Below are positions 9,401-18,741 of a stretch of DNA of 64,000 bases, in pieces. Both the position numbers and the translations under genes were made by a program. This stretch comes from Candidatus Multivoraceae bacterium. GTDB lineage: Bacteria > Acidobacteriota > Thermoanaerobaculia > Multivoradales > Multivoraceae. Under the pieces are notes generated by a model. The model saw only the letters and a program-made list of their open reading frames with translations. It was not told the origin of the DNA and did no database searches. Position 1 is the stretch's first letter. The number at the start of each line of letters is the position of its first letter. The stretch is taken from the NCBI GenBank assembly GCA_965219625.1, contig OZ244782.1, forward strand, positions 484,712 to 548,711. The letters are read 5' to 3'.

Positions 9401-10101
9401 TCGCCCGCGTTGCGGATCGCCGCTCTGGGAGCAGCGCCGCGCGCCGCCCAGTTCTCCGCGGCTGTCTTTGTGTAGAGGACGAGGATGTCCAGACTGTCAT
9501 CGCTCTGGGGGCTTCCGCTCTGTCGCGGAGAAGATGGCAGGTCGTACCCCGCTCGCGACGGCAGCTGACCCGGACCCGGCGATCCGGGGAACGGGTCGTT
9601 CTCGTCAGCGACGCCGCAGTAGGGTTCGCCATCCGACGCCGAACCTCCCGCCCGAGCCGGATCGACGATCCTGCCCTCGCCGTCGGGACGGCTGTAGACG
9701 CGGTAGGCCGAGCCCTGCCCAGCATCGAGTCGACCGACGAGATGACCGTCCTCGACGGTCAGCACGACGCTGGCGTGGCCATCCCGGGACTCGCCGCCGA
9801 ACCACGCCAGGTCTCCGTCACCTCGGTCCTCGAACACGCTGAGTTGCGCCCGGACGATCCGTCCCTCGGGAAGCGGGATGACGAGCTCTGCGGGCGCGCT
9901 CCGCAGGAGGTGCAGATCCACGCGGACCGGCGCCGACCAGCTGATTCGCTGCGAGCCGATCGTCTCAAGGGAGGCCGCAGGCTCCGTCGGCGGCAGCAGG
10001 CTGAGCAGGCGCTGCGCCGTCGCGGGTGCAGCCGTAAGGATGATCGTGACGATGACCGCGAGACCTGCCCGAAGCGGTCGACTCGCAGCCGGCTTGCTCA
10101 T
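6466..10101 (-). CDS. secreted reprolysin-like zinc metalloprotease with Fn3 repeats and twinned C-terminal domains of unknown family (paralog 1)
   Basis: Signal peptide (MSKPAASRPLRAGLAVIVTIILTAAPATAQ). HEVGHNLGLHHD (HExxHxxGxxHD) followed by a Met-turn (IMSYPG). Multiple Fn3-like repeats. Two C-terminal ~115-aa repeats (CLxxGRFEV...FWFFxPxNxEL.VKxLDGRAxNGxYW...). The start ATG at 10101 overlaps the upstream stop (ATGA). Confidence 0.8.
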   Translation of the reverse strand: MSKPAASRPLRAGLAVIVTIILTAAPATAQRLLSLLPPTEPAASLETIGSQRISWSAPVRVDLHLLRSAPAELVIPLPEGRIVRAQLSVFEDRGDGDLAWFGGESRDGHASVVLTVEDGHLVGRLDAGQGSAYRVYSRPDGEGRIVDPARAGGSASDGEPYCGVADENDPFPGSPGPGQLPSRAGYDLPSSPRQSGSPQSDDSLDILVLYTKTAAENWAARGAAPRAAIRNAGDYLNNALRYAGVDLLANIVHIAPAPERLDRVGRRPFAPDGSRVDLLEELIRDGEVFRLRHEHRADLVHLFTGEHRFELGYCGIAYLLWGGATSESFSPYGYGVTSNHFVERVAELDTTRFNCPDEGMVFAHEVGHNLGLHHDRPNAGSPDYLRAPYAYGYANFDRLPNLGTIMSYPGQETPYFSSVRFRPEGRIIGSSEQAENDRVLRESIQVGVRYSDSLIDLDGLPAQPTNVEVARIDDLRVRVRWQDNAPEADGYEVTWEGWLTGVAGERVLAEERTEAVVELAEPGGYAFWVEAYAGELRSLRSSVVSLTAPGWEPAAPSSVELGPASEAAPYEAGVEFGTIRWQDNSTNEWAFQVQVLKEGEIVQRRRASADATSRRLWGFEPGVSYEVRVYAYNGWGVSASSEPVFVTWPSPPGPVAVADLRADIVGPTSVRLSWTDRSADEQGVRVMARVPGWYRVFETGPNRESYDLNGLAPGGFYRFVVWPYNSAGPGAAVGTTLTLGTVGPAPAEPLNLAWSHLANGVAQLTWSHQTNDEMGFEVQARRPTAGPSDRWTRVSLLPAGAERFELETGEDLDYRVFAYNAQAFSKSSNTVRGRPVRGGAGTSELTAAPVGATGAILVWTDPWTNAALGVLEVDARRPGQGWTQLATAEAVAGRIVVTGLDADTPYTFRLRADDPQGGTLESVHASLLTDVAVGACRQTSEYLCLGDGRFEVRTHWSNPDALGHHGVGRAADFEDSDESGLFWFFEPENVELIVKVLDGRAINGSYWVFFGALTDLEYWIGVRDTATGERKTYYNSPKNVCGQKDLVAFGELAGASGELAGSGGDARLAPGLELIPAALSVIRTAANVSRGESTGSCQPTADRVCLLNGRFEVAASFIDPNRRPPGPEVARALTSLTGPRTGYFWFFDPSNIELAVKALDGRALNGAYWFLYGGLSDVEYEVTFTDTVSGRAKTYRNEPGSICGNVDADPF

Positions 10102-11426
10102 CGCGCCGCGGGCGGCCTCACGCCGGGCCTGGCGCGTTGTCTGTAGCGCTCGTACGAGCGGCTGTGGCGACTCGACAGGTCGACTTCCCTGCCGCGGATG
10201 ATCACGTGGCGAATCGCCGTGCGGACTTCGAGCGGATCGCCATCGGTGACGATCAGGTTCGCCCACTTGCCGACGCGAATCGAGCCCAAGCGATCCTCCA
10301 GGCCGAGAATCTCGGCGGCGCCGAGAGTCAGCGCGCGGAGCGCGGCGTCCGCATCAAGGCCATGGGCAACGGCTGTGGCCGCCTCGTACGGCAGGGCCCG
10401 GGCGTTCGACGCGCTGAACGTGCCGAACGCAATTCGTACGCCGACGCCTGCGAGCTCGCCGGGAGTGCGATACGGACGATCGTAGGGGTCGTCCTCATCG
10501 ACCGGCAACGCCTGGACCGGGCCCAGAATCACGGGAACGTCGTGCTCGGCAAGCAGCTCGGCCTCGGCCGCGGACTCGCGGCCCGATGCGATGACCAGGT
10601 CGAGGCCGTGCCGTTCGGCGAAAGCGACGGCGTCGCGAATCGCCCGGGCCCGATTCGCCAAGACCAGCAGCGGCAACTCGCCCCTCGCCACCCGCGCCAC
10701 TGCGTCCAGGGCGTGGTTCCTTTCCACCGCGCCGGAGTCGCCGGCGGCACGCCGCGCCTGATCGTACTGTCGGGCGGCATCCATCCAGTCGGCGATCTCG
10801 TCGACCGTGCGGTCGTAGTCCTTCTTCGCCTCGGAGAAACTCCTCTCGCGTACGCTGAACGTCGAGAAATCGAACTCGCGGGTCTCGAGGTTCGGCCATT
10901 CGAGCACCAAGCCGACGCTGGGCTCGACGGCCATCTCCTCCACCGTCCAGCCGTCGAGGACGATCGCCGACGCCTGGCCAGCCCACGGACCGCCGGAAGG
11001 GGCCGTCATGCTGTGCGTGATGCCGTTTGCTCGCGCAACTGGAATCATCTCGCTCGCCGGGTGAACTCCTTCGACCGCCAACAGGTGAGGAGTGTCGCCG
11101 ATTTCCGAGGTGTCGACCGTCGCCGAGATCGCGCTGATCTCGATGAGTCCGATGTTGCTCCAGGCATCGAACAGCCCGGGATACACGTGAAGACCCGTCG
11201 CATCGATCACCCGTGCGCCGACCGGCGCGGCCACGTCGGCGCCGGCGTCGACGATCAGACCGTCGCGCACGACGACGGTGCCGACAAAGTCCGACCCCGT
11301 CATCGGATGAACGGCGCCGCCCTCGATCGCCAGCGTCTGTCCGGCCAACGCCGTCGGCAGAAGCCAAGCCGCGAGCGCCATCCGTGAGACGATTCCCCGC
11401 ACGCTGACAATCCTCGGGCGACTCAT
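10098..11426 (-). CDS. secreted amidohydrolase-family protein
   Basis: 442 aa. Signal peptide. Metal-dependent amidohydrolase-fold motifs (a His-rich N-terminal region and a C-terminal VGKWANLIVTDGDPLE-type motif). The start overlaps the stop of the upstream amidohydrolase. Confidence 0.75.
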   Translation of the reverse strand: MSRPRIVSVRGIVSRMALAAWLLPTALAGQTLAIEGGAVHPMTGSDFVGTVVVRDGLIVDAGADVAAPVGARVIDATGLHVYPGLFDAWSNIGLIEISAISATVDTSEIGDTPHLLAVEGVHPASEMIPVARANGITHSMTAPSGGPWAGQASAIVLDGWTVEEMAVEPSVGLVLEWPNLETREFDFSTFSVRERSFSEAKKDYDRTVDEIADWMDAARQYDQARRAAGDSGAVERNHALDAVARVARGELPLLVLANRARAIRDAVAFAERHGLDLVIASGRESAAEAELLAEHDVPVILGPVQALPVDEDDPYDRPYRTPGELAGVGVRIAFGTFSASNARALPYEAATAVAHGLDADAALRALTLGAAEILGLEDRLGSIRVGKWANLIVTDGDPLEVRTAIRHVIIRGREVDLSSRHSRSYERYRQRARPGVRPPAAR

Positions 11427-14317
11427 CGCGCGCCTCTCTCGCTTCCGTCGGCTTCCTCCGCTGCCTCGGAGGTCAAGGACTCCTCGAGCGCAGCCAACTG
11501 GGCCCGGCGACGGCGGTCGACTTCGCGATCGAAGTAGACCTTGCCATCGATCAGGGTCGTCTGCACGACCGCGTACGAACTCAGGGGATGACGATCGTAG
11601 ATGACGAGGTCGGCGTCCTTGCCGACCGCAATCGAACCCACCCGGTCGTCGATCCGCAATTGCCGCGCGGGATTCACCGTCACCAAGGCGAGCGCCTGTT
11701 CATCCGAGAGGCCTCCCCACTTGACCGCCTTCGCCGCTTCGTGGTTCAGGTGGCGCATCTCCTCGGCGTCGTCCGAGTTGATGGACACCAGCACACCGCG
11801 GTCTGTCATCAGCGCCGCGTTGTGAGGGATCGCCTCGTAGGCCTCCACCTTGAACGCCCACCAATCGGAGAACGTCGACGCGCCAGCGCCATGGGCCGCG
11901 ATTTCGTCCGCCACGCGGTAACCCTCGAGAACATGCTGGAGGGTTGCGATGCGAAAGTCCAGTTCTTCCGCCAAGCGCAGCAACTGGAGGATCTCATCCG
12001 CCCGATAGCAATGGGCATGGACCAGGCGAGTCCCGTCGAGGACTTCGACGAGCGCCTCGAGCCGAAGATCGCGCGCCGGAGGCCTGCTCCGCTCGCCCGC
12101 CGCCTCCGCCGCGCGGTGACGTTCCAGATCTTGCCGGTAGTCCCGCGCCTCGGTGAACGCCTGCCGGATCACATCCAGCACCCCCATCCGCGTCGCCGGA
12201 TAGCGACGCGGCCCAGGCCCGAAACTCCGTGATCGCTTCGGATTCTCACCTAGAGCGAACTTGATGCCAGCTGGAGCGCCTGTGAAGCGCAGGCCGTCCG
12301 CGTCCTGACCCCAACGCAGCTTGAGGATCTGGTTCTGACCGCCGATAGGGTTTGCGCTGCCGTGGAGGACGTTGACTGTCGTCACGCCGCCGGCCAGCGC
12401 CCGGTAGATGTTGATATCCGTTGGATCGACAACATCGGCGATCCGCACCATCGACGTGACCGCCAGGCTGCCCTCGTTCACGCCTCCCGCGGTGGCGATG
12501 TGGGAGTGGGCGTCGACGATGCCCGGCATGACCCAGCCACCGGCAGCGTCGATCACATGCGCGCCCGGAGGAGGCCGGATGCCGCCGCCAACGGCTTCGA
12601 TGCGGCCGTCTCGGACGACGATCGTGCCGTCCGGGATCGTCTCTCCGGCCATCGTCAACACCGTGCCGCCCGTGATCGCCAGCACCTCGTCATCGCGGTA
12701 AGGACCGGTCATCGGCACGGAACCGGCCTCATCGGCCGCCGCCGCATAGCGGGTCTCGATCTCGGACCAGCGAAGCGGCGCCGGCAAATCGAGGTCTTCG
12801 CCCGGCCGGCCGAAGTCGCGGCCAGAGCCCCGGGCGCCGCCGGGGCGCTCCGATTCCGTCCGGTCTTCCTCGGCGTCCTCGGACGGCGCCTCGGCAGACT
12901 CCCCTGCGGCCTCGCTCTCCGCGTCCTCCGCATCGCCGGCGGACACCGCGAAGCGTCGGCCGTCGATGAAGACCGCATCGACCTGGACATCCTCTTGCCA
13001 CGGATAGGTCGAGGCGAGGACGAGATCGGCCGCCATGCCCTCGGCCACCGTGCCGACCCGGTCCTCGACTCCGAACACCGCGGCGGCATCGCGGGTCAAT
13101 GCCGTCAGAGCACGCCGAGACGGAAGCCCGCCCTCGATCGCCCGCCTGACCCCTGCCATGAACTCTCCGGGAGTGTTCACGCCGCCAGACGAGAACGCGA
13201 AGCGAATGCCGGCTTCCGCAAACTCAACCGGAGTCGTCGGAGCGAGGCGCTCGTGAAGGACTTCCCTCAACGGCCGGTCGGCGTCCGGATCCCGGTCTCG
13301 CTCCGGCAGCGTCGCCGGCCAGTCGACATCGATCAGGACCGGCGTCTCCGCGGCGGCGAGAGCCGCCGCGAGTCGGTAGCCCTCCTGGCCGCCGTAGATG
13401 ACGGCATGAAGACCGAGCTCTTCCGCCAGATCCAGAGCGCGGGCGATCTCGACAGCCGACGAACCGGGCAGCAACAGGCTCTCGCGCCCCGCGGCGACGG
13501 CCGCGAGAGGGGCCAGCGTACGGTCGAACTCTGGACGTCGCCAACCGGCGGGATCCGTCTCCCAGGCCGCCACGGCTTCGGCGTAGTGGGATGCATCGAA
13601 GATCAGTTGCCGCAGGTAGGCGATCCGGCCCATCAGCGCGCCGGGATACGAACCGAAGCCGCCGGCGCCGCTGAGCGACGCCATCTGCGCCAACTCCGGC
13701 GCGAGAACCTGGTGTTCAGGATCGCGGCCCGCTACGCCATAGCGGACGAGCGACACACGGCCCGGGAACAGACCTTGGCCGGGCCGCGCGACGACCGACG
13801 TGAAACCTGCCTCGCGCCAGGACGCGACCCCCTCGGCGTCCATATCCTCCAGCGCGTCCGCGGCGCGCTTCCAGGGCTCGGTCAACGGGCGATCCTCCGG
13901 TCCTCGCGGCAGCTCCTGACCGGGCTCCGGGCGCCTGCGCCCCGCGCCTGCCGCTGCCGGTCCGGCGGGACCGCGCTGCCGCGCGCGCGGCAGGCTGCCC
14001 AGGGCATCGATGAGCCCCGGGAAGACGATCAGCCCTTCGCCGTCGATCACTCGCGCGTGACCTGGAATCGCCGCATCTGCCGCGACGGAGGTGATCGTCC
14101 CGTTCTCGATGACCACCGTCGCCCGCTCGAGCACCGTGCCGTCACCAACCTCGACGCGGGCATCGCGGATCGCGTAGAACGGCGGCGGCGCCGGGGGAGG
14201 ACCGGCAAAGAGCGGGCCGACGACGCCGGCCACGACGAACATCGCGACCGGCAGGGACAGGATCCCGGACGGCGCCCGCCGACCGGCCTGCTTCAACGGG
14301 GCGCTTACTCTCGACAT
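11423..14317 (-). CDS. large secreted two-domain amidohydrolase-family protein
   Basis: Two tandem amidohydrolase modules (HAHSHIATAGGVNEG...; C-terminal GSIAVGKDADLVIYDRHPL). TM/signal segment at MSRVSAPLKQ...VAMFVVAGVV. The start at 14317 was chosen over the ORF-track 14422 because of that signal segment and the upstream nth stop. Confidence 0.75.
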   Translation of the reverse strand: MSRVSAPLKQAGRRAPSGILSLPVAMFVVAGVVGPLFAGPPPAPPPFYAIRDARVEVGDGTVLERATVVIENGTITSVAADAAIPGHARVIDGEGLIVFPGLIDALGSLPRARQRGPAGPAAAGAGRRRPEPGQELPRGPEDRPLTEPWKRAADALEDMDAEGVASWREAGFTSVVARPGQGLFPGRVSLVRYGVAGRDPEHQVLAPELAQMASLSGAGGFGSYPGALMGRIAYLRQLIFDASHYAEAVAAWETDPAGWRRPEFDRTLAPLAAVAAGRESLLLPGSSAVEIARALDLAEELGLHAVIYGGQEGYRLAAALAAAETPVLIDVDWPATLPERDRDPDADRPLREVLHERLAPTTPVEFAEAGIRFAFSSGGVNTPGEFMAGVRRAIEGGLPSRRALTALTRDAAAVFGVEDRVGTVAEGMAADLVLASTYPWQEDVQVDAVFIDGRRFAVSAGDAEDAESEAAGESAEAPSEDAEEDRTESERPGGARGSGRDFGRPGEDLDLPAPLRWSEIETRYAAAADEAGSVPMTGPYRDDEVLAITGGTVLTMAGETIPDGTIVVRDGRIEAVGGGIRPPPGAHVIDAAGGWVMPGIVDAHSHIATAGGVNEGSLAVTSMVRIADVVDPTDINIYRALAGGVTTVNVLHGSANPIGGQNQILKLRWGQDADGLRFTGAPAGIKFALGENPKRSRSFGPGPRRYPATRMGVLDVIRQAFTEARDYRQDLERHRAAEAAGERSRPPARDLRLEALVEVLDGTRLVHAHCYRADEILQLLRLAEELDFRIATLQHVLEGYRVADEIAAHGAGASTFSDWWAFKVEAYEAIPHNAALMTDRGVLVSINSDDAEEMRHLNHEAAKAVKWGGLSDEQALALVTVNPARQLRIDDRVGSIAVGKDADLVIYDRHPLSSYAVVQTTLIDGKVYFDREVDRRRRAQLAALEESLTSEAAEEADGSERGAR

Positions 14318-14330
14318 CGACGGCGCGACC

Positions 14331-14999
14331 CTAGCATGGCGGCAGCCCATTCCGGGGACACCAGCGAGCGAGCGTGCAGCCGTTGCAGTCGGGCCTGCGG
14401 GCCACGCAGACGCGACGGCCATGCCAGATGATCGCGTGACCGGCGAAGATCCAACGGTCCGGCGACAATCGGTTCATCAGATCGCGTTCGACGCCTACCG
14501 GATCGGACGCGGCGCTGATTCCCAGCCGCCGCGACAGCCGCGCGACATGGGTGTCGACGACGACGCCTACCGCCTTCCCGAACCAGGCGCCGAGCACGAC
14601 ATTCGCGGTCTTCCGCGCGACCCCGGGCAGCGTGACCAGGTCCTCCATCGTGCTCGGGACCTGGCCGCCGAACTCCTCGACGATCTTCCGGGCGGCCCCC
14701 AACACGTTCTTCGTCTTGTTGCGGAAGAAACCGGTGCTCCGAATCTCCTGCTCAAAGACCGTCGGGTCAGCGTTTGCGAAGTCCTCCACGGAGCGATAGC
14801 GGGCGAAGAGCGTCGCCGTCACCTGATTCACGCGAGCATCGGTGGACTGGGCGGAGAGGATCGTCGCGATCAGCAGTTGGAGCGCGTTCTCGTGGCGGAG
14901 TTCACACTCCGCGTCCGGGTAGAGCCGTTCGAGTTCCCGGAGTACCTGGCCGAGTACCGACCGCGAGATGGGCTGAAAGTCGCCGGGCGACTCCGACAT
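14331..14999 (-). CDS. nth: endonuclease III (DNA glycosylase/AP lyase)
   Basis: HhH-GPD motif (LPGVARKTANVVL), catalytic K/D, and the C-terminal 4Fe-4S cluster loop CxxxxxxCxxC...C (CVARRPDCNGCTLARWC). Confidence 0.9.
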   Translation of the reverse strand: MSESPGDFQPISRSVLGQVLRELERLYPDAECELRHENALQLLIATILSAQSTDARVNQVTATLFARYRSVEDFANADPTVFEQEIRSTGFFRNKTKNVLGAARKIVEEFGGQVPSTMEDLVTLPGVARKTANVVLGAWFGKAVGVVVDTHVARLSRRLGISAASDPVGVERDLMNRLSPDRWIFAGHAIIWHGRRVCVARRPDCNGCTLARWCPRNGLPPC

Positions 15000-15003
15000 C
15001 GGC

Positions 15004-16347
15004 TCAGGGTCGGAGGAGGTCGAGCACGGCCAATGTCATCGCCTCCACGCCGGCCCGAATCGCCGGTTCCGGTTCGATACGAAAGAACGGCGAGTGGTGG
15101 GACGGCACCGGCGGGCCTCCCTCCGCCTCCGCCGCGAGGTCGGCGGGATCCGTGCCGCCGACGTTGAAGTAGGCGCCGGGCACGTTGTGCTCGGTTCGCA
15201 CGAAGTAGGCAAAATCCTCGGCGCCCATGCCGGACGGCGGTTCGCTATGGAACACGTCCTCACCCATGCCGGCGCCGATCGCAGCCCGAACCCGGGCGGC
15301 AAGCTCCTCGTTGTTCATCGTCACCGGCGTCGACTCCTTCGTTCGCACGACGCGCGGCAAGAGCGACTCGGGGAGTCCGGCGGCCCGGCCAATCCCGTCC
15401 GCGACTCGCTCGATGGCCGACAGCAGCTGTTCCCGGGTGTCCTCGCTGTTCGCCCGCACGGTGAGTTGAAGCTCAACGCGGTCCGGGATCACGTTGTGCT
15501 TGAAGCCGCCATGGATGGCGCCGACGGTGATCACGCCCGGCTCGAGGGGGTTGAGTTCTCGACTCACGATGCTCTGGAGCGCGACGACGAGCTGCGCCGC
15601 GATGTAGATCGGGTCGCGGCCCCGGTGCGGCGACGCGCCATGGGCGCCGATACCGAACACCGTCACGTCGACGCTGTCCGAAGACGACGCGAGGAGTCCC
15701 GGCGGCACATCGATCTTGCCAGCCGGCTTCCCCGCCGCAACGTGAAACGCCAGCGCGTAGTCGGGGACGCCGAAGCGCTCGTACAGACCGTCCTCCAGCA
15801 TCTCGCGGGCGCCCATGATCCGTTCCTCGGCCGGCTGGCCGACGAACATCACGGTCCCCGACCACGCGTCGCGCATGGCTGCGAGTCGCCGTGCCACGCC
15901 GACCATCGCCGTGATGTGAACATCGTGACCGCAGGCGTGCATGACCGGCGCCTCCTCACCCGACAGGTCGACCTGAGTCGCCGTCGAGGCGTAGGGCAGT
16001 TCGGATTGCTCCCGCACCGGAAGTCCATCCATGTCCGCCCGCACGAGGACCAGCGGGCCGTCGCCGTTCTCCAACATGCCGACGATGCCGGTCCGACCGA
16101 TACCCTCGGTGACCTCGACGCCCGACGCTCGAAGTTCCGCCGCGAGTCGTTTCGCTGTCTCGTGCTCGAGGAAGGACAGCTCCGGATTCCGGTGGAAGTG
16201 TTCGAACAGCGCCCGCAGTTCGTTCTCGTAGTCCTCGGCGATCGCGGCCTCGAGCGCGCCCGCCGCCGAACTCTGGGCGCGCGCCGCGGCGGACGCCGCC
16301 AAGACGGCGGCGGCGAGAAGCAGAGCAACCCGTGGGAACGCGCTCAT
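15004..16347 (-). CDS. M20-family amidohydrolase/peptidase (M20D hippurate hydrolase-like), secreted
   Basis: MHACGHDVHITAMVGVARRL metal-binding motif. Signal peptide starts at MSAFPRVALLLAAAVLA. The ATG at 16347 was chosen; the ORF-track N-terminal 143 aa are Arg-rich junk. Confidence 0.8.
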   Translation of the reverse strand: MSAFPRVALLLAAAVLAASAAARAQSSAAGALEAAIAEDYENELRALFEHFHRNPELSFLEHETAKRLAAELRASGVEVTEGIGRTGIVGMLENGDGPLVLVRADMDGLPVREQSELPYASTATQVDLSGEEAPVMHACGHDVHITAMVGVARRLAAMRDAWSGTVMFVGQPAEERIMGAREMLEDGLYERFGVPDYALAFHVAAGKPAGKIDVPPGLLASSSDSVDVTVFGIGAHGASPHRGRDPIYIAAQLVVALQSIVSRELNPLEPGVITVGAIHGGFKHNVIPDRVELQLTVRANSEDTREQLLSAIERVADGIGRAAGLPESLLPRVVRTKESTPVTMNNEELAARVRAAIGAGMGEDVFHSEPPSGMGAEDFAYFVRTEHNVPGAYFNVGGTDPADLAAEAEGGPPVPSHHSPFFRIEPEPAIRAGVEAMTLAVLDLLRP

Positions 16348-16406
16348 CGCCGGCCACTGTACAGCACGCGCAGTTCCGAACGCTGAACAACTGCCGAACG
16401 GCGCGC

Positions 16407-17387
16407 TCACTCGACGAGTCTCCATGCGTAGGCCAGGGCGTGACCGAGGGAATCGGTAAACGCCCTGCCCTGCCAGGCGATATCGAAGGCCGTACCGTGA
16501 TCCACCGAGGTGCGCACGATCGGTAGACCGATCGTCACGTTGACTCCGCGTTCGAAGCCGATGAGCTTCATCGGCGCATGGCCCTGATCGTGGTACATGC
16601 AGACGACGGCATCGAAGCGGTCGAGGGCGACGGCCTGGCGGAACACCGTGTCGGCGGGATGAGGGCCCGAGACCTCGAAGCCGTCGGCCTGGGCCTCCGC
16701 CACGGTCGGTGCGATGATGTCCCGGTCTTCGCTTCCGAACAAGCCGTTCTCGCCCGCGTGGGGATTCAGCCCGCATACGGCGATTCGCGGTCGCTCGATG
16801 AACCGGGACAATGCCTCGTGGGTGAGTTCGATGACGGTGCGAATGCGGCCAGGCGCCACCCGCTCGATCGCCTCGCGCAGGCTGACGTGACCGCTCACAT
16901 GGCTCACCGCCACCTCCGGCAGGGCCAGCATCATGACCACGTCCCGCGCGCCGCAGATGCCGGCGATGAACTCGGTGTGTCCGGCGAAGTCCGGTGTAGT
17001 CGCCCGCGTCGCTTCCTTGTTCATCGGCAGGGTGACGACTCCGGCAACGCGGTCGGCCAACGCGTCCCGGGTCGCGCGCTCGACGTAGGCAAGCGCCGCC
17101 GCTCCCGCCTCGGCGCTTTGCACGCCGGGCGTCACCTGCTCGGCGTCGAGCAGCCCGAGGTCGACAACCGAGAGGATTCCGCGGCAGGTCGCCCCGCGAT
17201 CCGGCTCCGAGAGCGAGCGAAGCGGCACGTCGACTTCAAGCGCTTCGGCCGCGCGGCGAAGAACCCCTGCGTCGCCGTAGACCAGCACGTCTTCGCCGAG
17301 AAGACCAGCGGCAAACCGGCGGACCGCAATCTCAGGGCCGACCCCGGAGGCATCCCCCATCGTCACCGCCATCGGCCGCGAGTTCAT
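16407..17387 (-). CDS. pdxA: 4-hydroxythreonine-4-phosphate dehydrogenase family (PdxA)
   Basis: AVTMGDASGVGPEI, LPMNKE, GLNPHAGENGLFGSED and TIGLPIVRTSVDHGTAFDIAWQG match PdxA signature blocks. Confidence 0.8.
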   Translation of the reverse strand: MNSRPMAVTMGDASGVGPEIAVRRFAAGLLGEDVLVYGDAGVLRRAAEALEVDVPLRSLSEPDRGATCRGILSVVDLGLLDAEQVTPGVQSAEAGAAALAYVERATRDALADRVAGVVTLPMNKEATRATTPDFAGHTEFIAGICGARDVVMMLALPEVAVSHVSGHVSLREAIERVAPGRIRTVIELTHEALSRFIERPRIAVCGLNPHAGENGLFGSEDRDIIAPTVAEAQADGFEVSGPHPADTVFRQAVALDRFDAVVCMYHDQGHAPMKLIGFERGVNVTIGLPIVRTSVDHGTAFDIAWQGRAFTDSLGHALAYAWRLVE

Positions 17388-17458
17388 CGCGCGAATCTAC
17401 TTCAGGGCCAAGTAGCCGCGGCGTCCTCCATCGACCGGACGGGTTGCCGACGGTCCCG

Positions 17459-18628
17459 TCAACCGCCGAGAATTCTCAGCTCCCGCGGCGACGAGGTGAG
17501 CAGCTCCGAACCCTGGGCCGTTACCCGCACGTTGTCCTCGATCCGTACGCCGCCCCAGCCTTCGAGGTAGAGACCCGGCTCGATCGTGAACACCGCGCCC
17601 TCGACCAACGTGTCTTCGTTGCCGGCCATGACCGACGGAGGCTCGTGGATCTCGAGCCCCAGACCGTGGCCGGTGCGGTGGGTCATGAACTTCCTGAATC
17701 GGCGAGAGTGGAGGTTCGCCTGGCAGTTCTGGTGGACTTGGTCGTAGGTCACCCCCGGCCGTGACGCCGCCACCCCTCGGATGTTCGCCTGCAGCACCGC
17801 CTCGTAGACCTCGCGCATGCGATCCGACGGCGAACCGCCGACGACGAACGTCCGCGTGATGTCGCAGTGGTAACCCTCGTACGAGGTGCCAAAGTCGATG
17901 AGCAGGAACTCCCCCTCGCCCAACTCGCGGTCGTCCGGGACACCGTGCGGCAGCGCCGACTTCGGGCCGCCCAGAACGATCGGACCGAAGGAAATGCCGC
18001 CGCCGCCGCGACGGAGGAGTTCACTCGACAACTTCGCGGCGATCTCGCCTTCTCGACGACCCGGCCGCACGTCGCGAAGGGTGAACTCGAGTGCCGCTTC
18101 GGCGATCTTCGACGCTTGGCGGATCGCCTGCGCCTCCTCGTCGCTCTTTCTGAGGCGCAGTGCAACGACGATCTCCTCCGCGCTCTCGATACGCGCCCGG
18201 GGCAGCTCTCGAACGAGATGCCGATACTCCATGTAGCGCAGGCTGAGCGGCTCCACCGCGACCCGCGACGCGTTGTTCAGGCCCGCAAACGCCGCCGCCG
18301 CCGCCTGCTCCGGTCCGTCCGCGTCATCCCAAAGGTGCAACGTCTCGACCGCAGGCGCTGCGCCGCGGAAGTTCGCCTGCTCGAGCGCCGGCACGACCGC
18401 CACCGGCGGGTCGTCGGTTGGCACGATGAGAAGAAAGAGCCGTTCGTGCGCCTCGAACTCATGCCCGAGCAGCCAGGTCATCGTCGCCGCCGGCGTGAGC
18501 ACGACCGCGTCGACGCCGGCGTCCGAAGCCGCCCGGCGCAGCGCATCCAGACGGTCGACCTCGCGAGTCGTCTCGCCGTCGCCGTCGACGGGGGTGTCTC
18601 CGGAGTGTTCGACCACGTTCTCGCTCAT
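17459..18628 (-). CDS. M24-family Xaa-Pro aminopeptidase/dipeptidase
   Basis: Creatinase-like N-domain plus M24 core (HGVPDDRELGEGEFLLIDFG...HRTGHGLGLEIHEPP...VFTIEPGLY). Start at ATG 18628 (MSENVV). Confidence 0.8.
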   Translation of the reverse strand: MSENVVEHSGDTPVDGDGETTREVDRLDALRRAASDAGVDAVVLTPAATMTWLLGHEFEAHERLFLLIVPTDDPPVAVVPALEQANFRGAAPAVETLHLWDDADGPEQAAAAAFAGLNNASRVAVEPLSLRYMEYRHLVRELPRARIESAEEIVVALRLRKSDEEAQAIRQASKIAEAALEFTLRDVRPGRREGEIAAKLSSELLRRGGGGISFGPIVLGGPKSALPHGVPDDRELGEGEFLLIDFGTSYEGYHCDITRTFVVGGSPSDRMREVYEAVLQANIRGVAASRPGVTYDQVHQNCQANLHSRRFRKFMTHRTGHGLGLEIHEPPSVMAGNEDTLVEGAVFTIEPGLYLEGWGGVRIEDNVRVTAQGSELLTSSPRELRILGG

Positions 18629-18741
18629 CGGCTTCTCATCATCGGCTGGCTCGCTACAAACCGTATCGGAGCGGGAGCTTACTCCGAATGCGGCTCGACG
18701 ATCGGACCGATCAGGAAGACGCGATAGTCTTCCGCAGAAGA

